A stretch of DNA of 64,000 nt from Spirochaetota bacterium (lineage in GTDB: Bacteria > Spirochaetota > UBA4802 > UBA5550): positions 285,670-349,669 of the forward strand of contig OY760686.1 in the NCBI GenBank assembly GCA_963663865.1, in the 5' to 3' direction. The notes beneath the pieces are model-generated. The model made no database searches. It worked only from the letters and a program-made list of their open reading frames with translations, and had not been told where the DNA came from. A program made the translations under genes and the position numbers. Below are positions 1-8,802 of this stretch, piece by piece (position 1 is the stretch's first letter; every line of letters begins with the position of its first letter).

Positions 1-224
1 AGAATTGACGAAAATCACGTCTTCAATAAGCTCAGTGACGCCATGATCGGGTTTTTGGAGATTTATTATGACTATCTGGAAGCGTTGCAGAAAAGGATTG
101 TATAGCTATAGATTAACTTCCTTTAGGAGATTGAGGAGTTTGTGAAAAAAGATGTGGGAAAACGATAGAAGTAATATTTTCCGCCTACCTTTTTAAGTGT
201 GGTCTGTTTTTTACCACATTAAGC

Positions 225-253
225 TTGACAACAACAATCTGTGGTATTATATT
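225..253 (+). promoter_or_regulatory. sigma70-like promoter (TTGACA-17 nt-TATATT) for the HTH/ImmA pair
   Basis: TTGACA at 225-230, 17-nt spacer, TATATT at 248-253; AGGAGGA Shine-Dalgarno at 290-296 then ATG at 304. Confidence 0.45.
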
Positions 254-303
254 AACCACATTGTTTATTGATACAAATATTGAGGGAGAAGGAGGATAAA
301 TTT

Positions 304-666
304 ATGAACGCTTTTTCTGCTTTTTTTAAAGAAATGCGTCAAAAGAAGGGAATCAGCTTAAGGCAATTTTGTTTGGAAAATCATTTTGACCCAAGCAATA
401 CTTCAAAGATGGAGAGGGGACTAATAAATCCACCGAATGAAGAATTATTAAAAAAATACGCCTTAGCTCTCGAAATAAGCCTGTCATCACGAGAATGGGA
501 AACAATGAGAGATTTAGCTCATGTTGCTAGACAAACAATCCCACCAGAAGTGTTAACAGATGAGCAGGTCGCAGCCAGATTGCCTTTGTTTTTTAGAAGT
601 GCCCGAGGAGAAAAACTTACAGAAGAAGAGTTAAAAGAATTACTGAGCATTATTAAAAAATCATAA
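304..666 (+). CDS. XRE-family (Cro/CI-type) helix-turn-helix transcriptional regulator
   Basis: ORF track 268..666 uses TTG. ATG at 304 with strong SD is preferred. Segment KKGISLRQFCLENHFDPSNTSKMERG fits an HTH_XRE fold. Codon usage is AT-rich relative to neighbours. Confidence 0.7.
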   Translation: MNAFSAFFKEMRQKKGISLRQFCLENHFDPSNTSKMERGLINPPNEELLKKYALALEISLSSREWETMRDLAHVARQTIPPEVLTDEQVAARLPLFFRSARGEKLTEEELKELLSIIKKS

Positions 667-678
667 GAGGGATAATCT

Positions 679-1317
679 ATGGGTAATTACTATCTAAAAT
701 TTCAGCAATTAAAGGACAAAGCAAATGAATTGATATCAATGAATACAGAGTTATTTTCAAGAATACCCGTTGATATTGATTCTTTTGCTGAATTTTTAGG
801 TTTAACTATTATTCCATCCCCTGGGTTCAAAAACACTGTAGCGAGGGATGCTTTTTTATCTCCATGCACAAAAGAGATATATGTTGATCAAGATTTACTA
901 TTAAACACAAGATTAGAATGTAAATATAGATTTGCAATTTCTCACGAAATTGCCCATTATCATTTACACACAGACTATTATAACTCAATTATTACCAAGT
1001 CCCACTCTTGTGAAGATTGGATAAGGATTTATCAAAATATTCCGGAAGAAAATTTCAGCCTCTTTGAGTATCAGGCAAATGCTGTTGGGGCCTGTATATT
1101 AATCCCAGATCATCATCTTGATAATTACTTTGACGATACATTAAAACTTTTTGAAAAACAGATAACAAATGCCAAAACAGGCGGGATTGATAGAGATTCA
1201 TATTTAGAATATGTTATAGACGGAATAGCGAATAGGATTTCGTCAAAGTTTAATGTGTCTGTGCAAGCAATGACTTTGCGATTTAATGATTATAAGTATA
1301 AGAAAAGAATTCCATAA
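679..1317 (+). CDS. ImmA/IrrE-family zinc metallopeptidase
   Basis: HExxH motif in ISHEIAHYHLH; 212 aa; starts 13 nt after HTH stop with AGAGGG SD; classic HTH+ImmA two-gene module. Confidence 0.75.
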   Translation: MGNYYLKFQQLKDKANELISMNTELFSRIPVDIDSFAEFLGLTIIPSPGFKNTVARDAFLSPCTKEIYVDQDLLLNTRLECKYRFAISHEIAHYHLHTDYYNSIITKSHSCEDWIRIYQNIPEENFSLFEYQANAVGACILIPDHHLDNYFDDTLKLFEKQITNAKTGGIDRDSYLEYVIDGIANRISSKFNVSVQAMTLRFNDYKYKKRIP

Positions 1318-1674
1318 TCAATGTAATGAATCATTTATTTAGGAAGTAACTAATTTTCAAGCATTCTCCTATAATTCTACTGACGCCTTATTGAAAAGGA
1401 CAGGCCGAAATGAACATTATTGAACTGCGCTTTTTTTGACATCGTAACAGCTCAAGCCACACCAAACACGCATTATTGCGACTATGGCAAATTGTCAATT
1501 ACACCATTGTACTGCCATCGATGCCGCAGCCCCGTACTGCTTTTGTTAGATAATGATTCGACGAGCTTCCGTTAATAATCTCCTGAAGTCCACATGAGCT
1601 TCATCGCACTTTGACCATCAATATGCAACGAAGCTCACTTCGATGTAACATTGCCCGGCAAACCACCCACCCGG

Positions 1675-2745
1675 TTACTTCACCACTATCTGATCGGGAT
1701 CAAAGGAATCATATTCCTCACCGGCACTACTGTAATCTATATTCTGCCAGACTTCATTTTTAAAATAGCCCACAGATGCTTTATAGTATGGCATTTCAGT
1801 CCAGTCAGTCCACTCGCCTGAATAGCCCAGCACGTAGTAATCTTCACCACAGACAGACATTGACGTTATACGAAAGTTCTCTCCGTATGATGTCGAAAGC
1901 CCCTTCCACTGTCCGTTCACAAAGCAGCCAGCCTTTCTAACCTGATCGTACTGTACAGCAGCTACAACTGAACCGCCCTCCGTCACTCCTATACCTTTAA
2001 TGACGGCATACTCAATTGCCCCCTCTGGCGCAAGCTCAACCCACTCTCCGTTTTTCCAGTAACCGATAGATGAAATATCATTTTCATCCCAGGCGCTGCC
2101 CGCAAAATAAACATCACTGCCCTTTATACAGCTTGACATGACCTGCCCAGAGGACGCCCCGTTTGGAAGGGATAACTCATGAAGCTCCCCGTTTAGCCAG
2201 TATGCAGGTTTAGCATCGACCCAACCTCCAATATAAATATTATTGTCATCTATCTGTATTGTACAGGCAAATGTATCTCTGCCCATCAGTCTCACTGCAC
2301 TCTGATTTTCTCCAACAACATCAATCTGATATGCGACACCACCTGCTGTTGCAACAGCATATACATAAGAGTCCTTAACACTGAGATCCTGTACCCTCAG
2401 ATAATCTCGCGAAACCAGACTGTTCAGCCAGACAAATCCTTCAGGCCCTGAAAAGCCTCCATATTTGCGGCTATATAACCCCAGATATACGCTGGGGCCT
2501 TCAACGAAAAGGCACTCTGCACCCACTACATCAACATTCTCAGGATTAGGTATAACCGTCCATTCTCCGTTAATCTGGTATGCACCATTGCATTTTACGG
2601 TAAAACCTACCTCAGATATAATAGTACCCCCTATAATGATCCCCTTCACATCCTCCGCAGTCTGCTCAGGTAGATTTTCATCCTTTGTTCCATCTGAACA
2701 TGAAGCGAGGAACAAAAAAGCTGTTAACATATATTTGAAATTCAT
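1675..2745 (-). CDS. repeat-containing lipoprotein (beta-propeller-like aromatic repeats), function unknown
   Basis: Signal + lipobox MNFKYMLTAFLFLASC; recurring Y-x-NGEW-x-L units (YQINGEWTVI, YWLNGELHEL, YWKNGEWVEL, FVNGQWKGL, YFKNEVWQNI); 56 nt downstream of and co-directional with M4 peptidase. Confidence 0.6.
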   Translation of the reverse strand: MNFKYMLTAFLFLASCSDGTKDENLPEQTAEDVKGIIIGGTIISEVGFTVKCNGAYQINGEWTVIPNPENVDVVGAECLFVEGPSVYLGLYSRKYGGFSGPEGFVWLNSLVSRDYLRVQDLSVKDSYVYAVATAGGVAYQIDVVGENQSAVRLMGRDTFACTIQIDDNNIYIGGWVDAKPAYWLNGELHELSLPNGASSGQVMSSCIKGSDVYFAGSAWDENDISSIGYWKNGEWVELAPEGAIEYAVIKGIGVTEGGSVVAAVQYDQVRKAGCFVNGQWKGLSTSYGENFRITSMSVCGEDYYVLGYSGEWTDWTEMPYYKASVGYFKNEVWQNIDYSSAGEEYDSFDPDQIVVK

Positions 2746-2801
2746 TCAGGCCTCCTAAACCTCATATATCGATTTAAACTTTTCATAACCAAAAAGAATT
2801 A

Positions 2802-4658
2802 TCATAGAAAATTAATCCCGAACTCCCCTCCGGATGTGTTTATTTCAAAAGCTGGGCAGCAACCAACTGCAGCCCAGGCATCAGCAACAGAGAAAAAGCC
2901 GTTAAGATCAATCAAACCCGCTCTGTAGTATTCACAAGCAGCAAGAATCCACCCTCTTGCCGAATCAATAAAACAAGAATGGGGGGTGCAGTAATAGATA
3001 CAGGCCCTCATAGCGATTCTTCCGGCAGTTTGAACACCCAGTCCATTAACTGAATAGAATACCGGGCTCACTCCCTCTGGAACTCCATAATTATATCCCG
3101 TCCCCCCCTCGCTGAGAAGGTAGAAAGCATAAGTTTGAACAGTGCCCATTGAATAGGAATTTTGTGTATCCCAGTTTATTCCTTCATAAAACATCGCATA
3201 ACCGTTATCTTCCACTGGATTTCTAATATTCCTATATGGATTGCCTGATTCAGTACAGGAATCCTCACCAATATACCAGTCAAAATGACCAGCGATTCTG
3301 TCAGGACACCCAGTGCCATCAGGCTGATAGTAGTTCTCAACCATCAGAGAGAATATATCAGCATACGATTCATTTAATGCGTTTGGCTCACATCCCATCT
3401 TTGGATTTCCAGCAACACTATAATCTACTAATTGCGATGTAAAATTAATTATTGCATGCCCAAACTCATGTGCTATAATATCCAAAGCTACCTGGTCGGT
3501 CCTAGTACTCCCATCCCCTGCACCGAAAAGAAATGTTCCGGGAGGGAGTTTGTAATATTTATAATTGTAAGAAGAAAAGGCTTCGTAACATGCGGATTTT
3601 TTCCGTACACCTTCATGATCAACAAACAAAACAGCCGTTGCATATTTTGGAACTATTCCAGACTTTGAATTTGTATGATTAAAACTTTTCCTGCCAAGAA
3701 TGCTGTAGTTGTAATCCATTACTCTTGAAATATTGTACGCTGCTGAAATCTTATCTTCATCAAAGTTGCCATTTGTCGATGTAAAGATTGTTCCTGCCGT
3801 TAAATATTCAACATAATCCTCATAATAACTTGCCGGTCTACCTAGATAAAGATCATCATAACGGAGTTGATTTGAAGTTCTAATTTGCCACTTTCTGTAA
3901 TCAGGACCGATGCTTCTGAGAGAATAGCTTTCAGATCCAGGTATTATATAATCACCATAACCCCCACTGGTATACTCCACCCAGAAAGATCTGGTAGCGT
4001 TAAAGATTACAGTCCCTCCGCCCTCTCCTTCAAGGCAATTCCCTGAAATAGAACTTGTTTCAAAAACTTCTTCAGCGCCGGAAGTCATTTTAATAATACC
4101 TACAATTTCACCGTTATGCGCACTTGCGTGAATAGAAACAAACTCACCACTGCCATCTTGCATTACAGCGTTAATTTCATAGCAAAGGGTACCGCCCGCA
4201 ATCACAAGACGGGGTTCAATGTCATGCATCAAAACAGTTATCTCTTCGGAAGATTGCTCAATTACACTGACAACATCTTCTAAAGAAATTCTCGGCTCAG
4301 TTGAAAAATTTTCATCTTCAATAATTTTTCCATTAATAAGATAAATAGACCCATCCGGATTTCGGTGTTCAACAAGTTCTCCTCCAATGACCTTTATACC
4401 ATCGTAGAACTGCTGATATCTTGTGTGTGTACAGCCAAGAATGTCTTTTTCTGAAAATAATTTCTCATAATTAGAAAAACTGATTTCAGCAATATTTTGA
4501 ATCATGGTTGTATTTTTGAAGCCTGATTCAAGCATAGTTTTTTCTGTTATTGAACGTTTCGGACTTTTCATACTGCATAAACCCGTTGAAGATATCCAGA
4601 CATCAGTTTGAGAGCATGAAACATTTTTCCCATCTGCTGCCTTAGCAGAATCATTCAT
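2802..4658 (-). CDS. thermolysin-like M4 zinc metallopeptidase (body; N-terminal leader currently out of frame)
   Basis: AHEFGHAI (HExxH) followed by NESYADIFS (NExxSD) = M4 signature; FTP-like propeptide region (CTHTRYQQFYDGIKVIGGELVEH); N-terminus from ATG 4658 lacks signal peptide and SD. Confidence 0.8.
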   Translation of the reverse strand: MNDSAKAADGKNVSCSQTDVWISSTGLCSMKSPKRSITEKTMLESGFKNTTMIQNIAEISFSNYEKLFSEKDILGCTHTRYQQFYDGIKVIGGELVEHRNPDGSIYLINGKIIEDENFSTEPRISLEDVVSVIEQSSEEITVLMHDIEPRLVIAGGTLCYEINAVMQDGSGEFVSIHASAHNGEIVGIIKMTSGAEEVFETSSISGNCLEGEGGGTVIFNATRSFWVEYTSGGYGDYIIPGSESYSLRSIGPDYRKWQIRTSNQLRYDDLYLGRPASYYEDYVEYLTAGTIFTSTNGNFDEDKISAAYNISRVMDYNYSILGRKSFNHTNSKSGIVPKYATAVLFVDHEGVRKKSACYEAFSSYNYKYYKLPPGTFLFGAGDGSTRTDQVALDIIAHEFGHAIINFTSQLVDYSVAGNPKMGCEPNALNESYADIFSLMVENYYQPDGTGCPDRIAGHFDWYIGEDSCTESGNPYRNIRNPVEDNGYAMFYEGINWDTQNSYSMGTVQTYAFYLLSEGGTGYNYGVPEGVSPVFYSVNGLGVQTAGRIAMRACIYYCTPHSCFIDSARGWILAACEYYRAGLIDLNGFFSVADAWAAVGCCPAFEINTSGGEFGINFL

Positions 4659-4683
4659 AGATTGTAAGTCCTGACCTGGAGAA

Positions 4684-4752
4684 CTACAATTGGCGTGAGA
4701 GATAAGAAGCAGAAATATAATTATGAGACCTGAGACCTGAGACCTGAGACAT
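4684..4752 (-). other. SD-equipped ATG plus 22-codon out-of-frame leader ORF (MSQVSGLRSHNYISASYLSRQL*); becomes signal peptide of M4 peptidase if one 7-nt repeat unit is lost
   Basis: ATG (plus cat 4750-4752) preceded by GAGAGG 8 nt upstream; frame offset +1 relative to peptidase ORF; deletion of one GTCTCAG unit gives MSQVSGLIIIFLLLISHANCSSPGQDLQS-MNDSAK... Confidence 0.5.
4724..4751. repeat. heptanucleotide tandem repeat TGAGACC (3 perfect + 1 imperfect units; minus strand GTCTCAG)
   Basis: plus strand atgagacc tgagacc tgagacc tgagaca read directly at 4724-4751. Confidence 0.85.
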
Positions 4753-4789
4753 AAGCACTACCTCTCTGGTTAAACATTTTTATTAAGTT

Positions 4790-4817
4790 TATATATGATA
4801 TACAATTTAAAAGTCAA
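4790..4817 (-). promoter_or_regulatory. sigma70-like promoter for M4 peptidase-lipoprotein operon (TTGACT-16 nt-TATATA)
   Basis: minus-strand TTGACT (plus agtcaa 4812-4817), 16-nt spacer, TATATA (4790-4795); predicted TSS ~4783, ~30 nt before ATG 4752. Confidence 0.5.
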
Positions 4818-4989
4818 GATTTTTTCAGGCAATTACATTCTCTGCCTTTATCATCTCCATTTATGATATCCTCCAAACTCCAAACAGTAAAAACACAAAC
4901 ATTATTGCAAAAAAACACATGCCGTATAGAGTTGCATTAACATCAAAATTCAGAAAGAGGAAACGGGCCATAACGCCCGGATAAAAGCA

Positions 4990-5745
4990 ATGAAACTCAT
5001 CTCCTGGAACGTTAACGGCATACGGGCAGTACTTAAAAAGGGTTTTATGGACTTCATCGAAGAACACGACCCGGACATTCTCTGCCTTCAGGAAACCAAA
5101 GCCACCCCCGATCAGGTTGAGCTTGATCTTCCTCAGTACCCGTATAAGCTCTGGAACTCAGCCGAGAAAAAAGGGTATTCCGGCACGGCAGTTTTTTCCA
5201 AGGTGCAGCCTGTCACGACAGTAAACGGCATTAACACCCCTGAACACGATTCGGAAGGCCGAGTTATAACGGCCGAGTATCCTGATTTTTTTCTCGTGAA
5301 TGTCTACACGCCCAACTCCAAACGGGGCCTTGAGCGCCTGCCATACCGTCAGGAAGAGTGGGACCCGGCATTTCTTAATTACGTGAAGGCGCTGGAAAAA
5401 ACCAGGCCGGTCATCTTCTGCGGCGACCTCAATGTTGCACACAAAGAGATCGACCTTGCCCGCCCGGCTGACAACAGACGCAACGCCGGTTTCACCGACG
5501 AGGAGCGCGCAGGTTTCGACAACATTGTGAACGCCGGCTTTATCGACACCTTCCGGGAATTCGAAAAAGAAGGCGGACACTACTCGTGGTGGAGCTATAT
5601 GGCAAATGCCAGAGAGAAGAACATCGGATGGCGCATTGACTACTTTTGCGTCTCATCTGCTCTCAGGCCAAGACTGAAGGGGGCCTCAATTCTTGCCAAT
5701 ATCATGGGCTCAGACCACGCGCCGGTTGTTCTCGAAATAGAATAA
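4990..5745 (+). CDS. xth: exodeoxyribonuclease III (ExoIII/APE1 family AP endonuclease)
   Basis: [13 protein letters not shown]...LCLQETK N-terminus and C-terminal SDHAPV motif typical of ExoIII. Confidence 0.9.
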   Translation: MKLISWNVNGIRAVLKKGFMDFIEEHDPDILCLQETKATPDQVELDLPQYPYKLWNSAEKKGYSGTAVFSKVQPVTTVNGINTPEHDSEGRVITAEYPDFFLVNVYTPNSKRGLERLPYRQEEWDPAFLNYVKALEKTRPVIFCGDLNVAHKEIDLARPADNRRNAGFTDEERAGFDNIVNAGFIDTFREFEKEGGHYSWWSYMANAREKNIGWRIDYFCVSSALRPRLKGASILANIMGSDHAPVVLEIE

Positions 5746-5816
5746 AAGCAGACTGATTACTGGAGAATATCATTGACAAGTTAGGAATAAATAACTTCCT
5801 TGTGTGATTATAACTT

Positions 5817-6956
5817 TTGCTTTACTTACAAATGTTATCTTATTATAGGAATTTCAATTTAATTATGATTAATCATATTATCAGGCTTTTAATCGTTGTT
5901 CTCATAATTGCAACAATCGGATTCAACAGTCAGCATACTGTTTTGGGAACATCGTTTGGATATTCCGAAACCAAACCTGCCGGCCATAAATTGGGGAGCA
6001 TTCAGAAAACCGCTGACGGCTCCCTTATTATTTCTACCGCCGATCTTGCGGCGCCTATTCGAGGATACGCAGGAAATATTCCGCTAAAAATTTACGTTAG
6101 AGACGGACTTATCACCCGGATTGAACCCCTCGAAAACTCTGAGACCCCTTCGTTCATGAAGTTCATTACGCGCAAGGGTTTTTTCGGCAGCTGGAATGGA
6201 CTCACACTTGAGGAAGCATCAACAAGAGAAGTGGATACCATAACCGGAGCCACAATGTCTACAGACGCCATCATACAGTCAGTCAGGCTCGCGTCGCGGC
6301 ACGCGCTCGGAAAAAACACATCAGAAACCGGCAGCCCCTTCTTTCAGTTGAAAACCCTTCTGATTGTGCTGGTCATTCTTGCCGGATTATGCCTGCCGCT
6401 CTTCTTTCGGTCGAAAAAGTACCGTACATTACAGCTTGCTCTGAACGTTGCCGTTCTTGGATTCTGGGGCGGCACTTTTGTTTCTCTTTCCATGCTGACA
6501 GGTTTTTTCAGCAGCCCGTTTAGTATTGCACTGTCAGCGATACCGGTGCTTCTGATAATAGCGGCCCTCATTATGCCGCTCGCCGGGAAAAGAAGTCATT
6601 ACTGTTTCTGGTTATGCCCCATGGGTTCGGCACAGGAACTTATTGGTAGAATCCCTGTCAAAAAAATCCGCCCATCAGCCAAGACCCTCAGAAAGCTGAC
6701 CCTGTTCAGGGAAGCGCTCTGGTTCACGCTTATGCTCATCATGCTGTGCGGTACCGGGTTGCAGATTATGGATTATGAAATTTTCCCGGCTTTTCTTTTC
6801 AGCTCTGCCTCCCTGCCCGTGCTGATTGCAGCTGGTATATTTCTGCTTCTTTCCCTTTTTATCAACAGGCCCTACTGTCGATTCGTCTGCCCCACGGGAA
6901 CGCTGTTAAAGCTTATTGACCGGGATAAGGAGAAAAAGACTTTGCCGCATGTATAA
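5817..6956 (+). CDS. polytopic membrane protein with FMN-binding domain and CxxCP motifs (NosR/NapH-like redox protein)
   Basis: FMN_bind-like DTITGATMSTDAI; several TM helices; CFWLCPMG and CRFVCPTG motifs; start uncertain (TTG 5817, ATG 5832 or 5865). Confidence 0.55.
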   Translation: MLYLQMLSYYRNFNLIMINHIIRLLIVVLIIATIGFNSQHTVLGTSFGYSETKPAGHKLGSIQKTADGSLIISTADLAAPIRGYAGNIPLKIYVRDGLITRIEPLENSETPSFMKFITRKGFFGSWNGLTLEEASTREVDTITGATMSTDAIIQSVRLASRHALGKNTSETGSPFFQLKTLLIVLVILAGLCLPLFFRSKKYRTLQLALNVAVLGFWGGTFVSLSMLTGFFSSPFSIALSAIPVLLIIAALIMPLAGKRSHYCFWLCPMGSAQELIGRIPVKKIRPSAKTLRKLTLFREALWFTLMLIMLCGTGLQIMDYEIFPAFLFSSASLPVLIAAGIFLLLSLFINRPYCRFVCPTGTLLKLIDRDKEKKTLPHV

Positions 6957-7032
6957 AACATGGTATAAATAAAAACTAAAGGAGGAACGTGCGAGCACTA
7001 CTCCCCGGAGAATAGATGCCGCCCCAAACATC

Positions 7033-7671
7033 ATGAATAAAACAAATCTGCTTACACTGCTTTTAGCCGCTGCTCTGCTCATTGTAACTGTCAGAGCAGC
7101 TCTTTTCAGGATGGAATCAAAAGAGGAAGAGAAAATGACAACTTCAAACAGCGAGTTAATAATCGAAGCAATAAAAGCAAGGACCAGCATAAGGTCATAC
7201 CAGAACAAAAAAATCGAACAGGAAAAGATTACTGAAATCCTTAAAGCTGCCATGTCCGCCCCTTCCGCCCGCAACAGGCAGCCCTGGCTCTTCATTGTCA
7301 TTGATGATAAAGCTGTCCTCAAAGAGCTTGGAGACGCGCTTCCGAATGCAGCTATGACAGCCAGTGCTCCCCTGGCGATAGCGGTGTGCGGCGACCTGTC
7401 AAAGACTCTTGAGGGCGAGTCATCTGAGTACTGGATACAGGACACATCTGCCGCCACAGAGAACCTTCTTCTGGCTGCAAGCGCGATGGGCCTTGGAGCT
7501 GTCTGGACTGGCGTTTATCCGGACAAAGGCAGAATAGGTACTCTTCGTAAGATACTCAACATACCTGAAAACATCATTCCTCTGAACCTTATTCCGATAG
7601 GCTATCCTGAGGGCAGCTCGAAACCCAAAAACAAATGGGATGAGGCCAACATACATAAAAACAGATGGTAA
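7033..7671 (+). CDS. nitroreductase-family flavoprotein with N-terminal hydrophobic/signal segment
   Basis: SIRSYQNKKI...SAPSARNRQPWLFIVI nitroreductase core motifs. Confidence 0.8.
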   Translation: MNKTNLLTLLLAAALLIVTVRAALFRMESKEEEKMTTSNSELIIEAIKARTSIRSYQNKKIEQEKITEILKAAMSAPSARNRQPWLFIVIDDKAVLKELGDALPNAAMTASAPLAIAVCGDLSKTLEGESSEYWIQDTSAATENLLLAASAMGLGAVWTGVYPDKGRIGTLRKILNIPENIIPLNLIPIGYPEGSSKPKNKWDEANIHKNRW

Positions 7672-8762
7672 CAGCCATGAATCCTTTTTTCTTCCAGTCA
7701 CCGGTGAAGGCGTTTATGGGGTATGAATTCGCTCCTCTTCTAAAGCAGCTCTCGGCCCCTTACAGCCGCATAGCTGTCATCACCGGCCAAACGTCTGCCG
7801 TAAAATCTGGATTTATCGACGCGATCAAACCCGCCCTAAAGGACAAAGACCTTCTCTATTTCAGCGAAATCGAAGAGAACCCGTCCATCGAAACCGTAAC
7901 GAGGGGCGCTGGAGAGGTCAGAAAATTTAACCCCGACTGTATCCTCGCGTTCGGCGGCGGCAGCCCTCTTGATGCGGCAAAGGCAATCGGCCTCATGTCG
8001 GCGAACCCGCTTCCCTTCGGGGAGCTCATGACTTCTGACGCGCCAATATCCCCCCCTCCGATAATAGCAGTCCCGGGAACCTGCGGCACCGGAAGCGAGA
8101 TGAACGCCTACTCCATCATAACCGACACGGCTAAAATGGACAAGCTCAACCTTACCAGAGAGAACATGTTCCCACGCTTCGCTGTTCTCGAACCCTGTTT
8201 TCTGAATTCCCTGAGCGACGATACGAGGTTCTCAACCCTGTTTGACGCCTTCTCTCATGCATTCGAAGGCTTTGTATCAAAACGTGCGAATCCCTTTTCC
8301 GATGCACTGGCCCTTCACGCCATTGAAATCATTTTTTCAATTATAGCCGATTACAGCAAAGATATGGGCTTCCACACAGAGCGAGCGCTCTACGCGTCAG
8401 CCGTAGCCGGTGCAGTCATACTGCATACGGGAACGACCATTCTTCACTCACTTGGATACTACCTGACCAACAGGAGGGGCGTTCATCACGGCAAGGCAAA
8501 CGCGCTCCTTCTCGAAGGCTATATGAGCATGCTGCAGGACGGAGGAGCGTCAAAACTCGGAAAAATCCGCGAAATGGAGCGCTCCGCAGGCATAGACATT
8601 TGCAGATTTATCAGGGATTTCTATGGGTCCTCGGGCCTTGAAGGCTACGTCGACGCAGACGACTTTGATGATTTCGCCTCGTACTCGTTGAGCAAATCAA
8701 ACGCAGCGTCTACACCGGTAGCGCTGTCACCCGAGGTTTTAAAAAAGCATTACGCTGATTAA
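7665..8762 (+). CDS. iron-containing alcohol dehydrogenase family protein
   Basis: GGGSPLDAAKAIG Fe-ADH signature; 7-nt overlap with upstream gene suggests operon with FMN-protein and nitroreductase. Confidence 0.8.
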   Translation: MVTAMNPFFFQSPVKAFMGYEFAPLLKQLSAPYSRIAVITGQTSAVKSGFIDAIKPALKDKDLLYFSEIEENPSIETVTRGAGEVRKFNPDCILAFGGGSPLDAAKAIGLMSANPLPFGELMTSDAPISPPPIIAVPGTCGTGSEMNAYSIITDTAKMDKLNLTRENMFPRFAVLEPCFLNSLSDDTRFSTLFDAFSHAFEGFVSKRANPFSDALALHAIEIIFSIIADYSKDMGFHTERALYASAVAGAVILHTGTTILHSLGYYLTNRRGVHHGKANALLLEGYMSMLQDGGASKLGKIREMERSAGIDICRFIRDFYGSSGLEGYVDADDFDDFASYSLSKSNAASTPVALSPEVLKKHYAD

Positions 8763-8802
8763 AACTTCTTTTCTGCGGGGGGATAATGACCTCAAAACCC
8801 CC

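Noticed and set aside
4861-5067. 68-aa minus-strand ORF overlapping the xth start
   Set aside because: Overlaps the well-supported xth gene and the divergent promoter region. No SD, hydrophobic low-complexity product.
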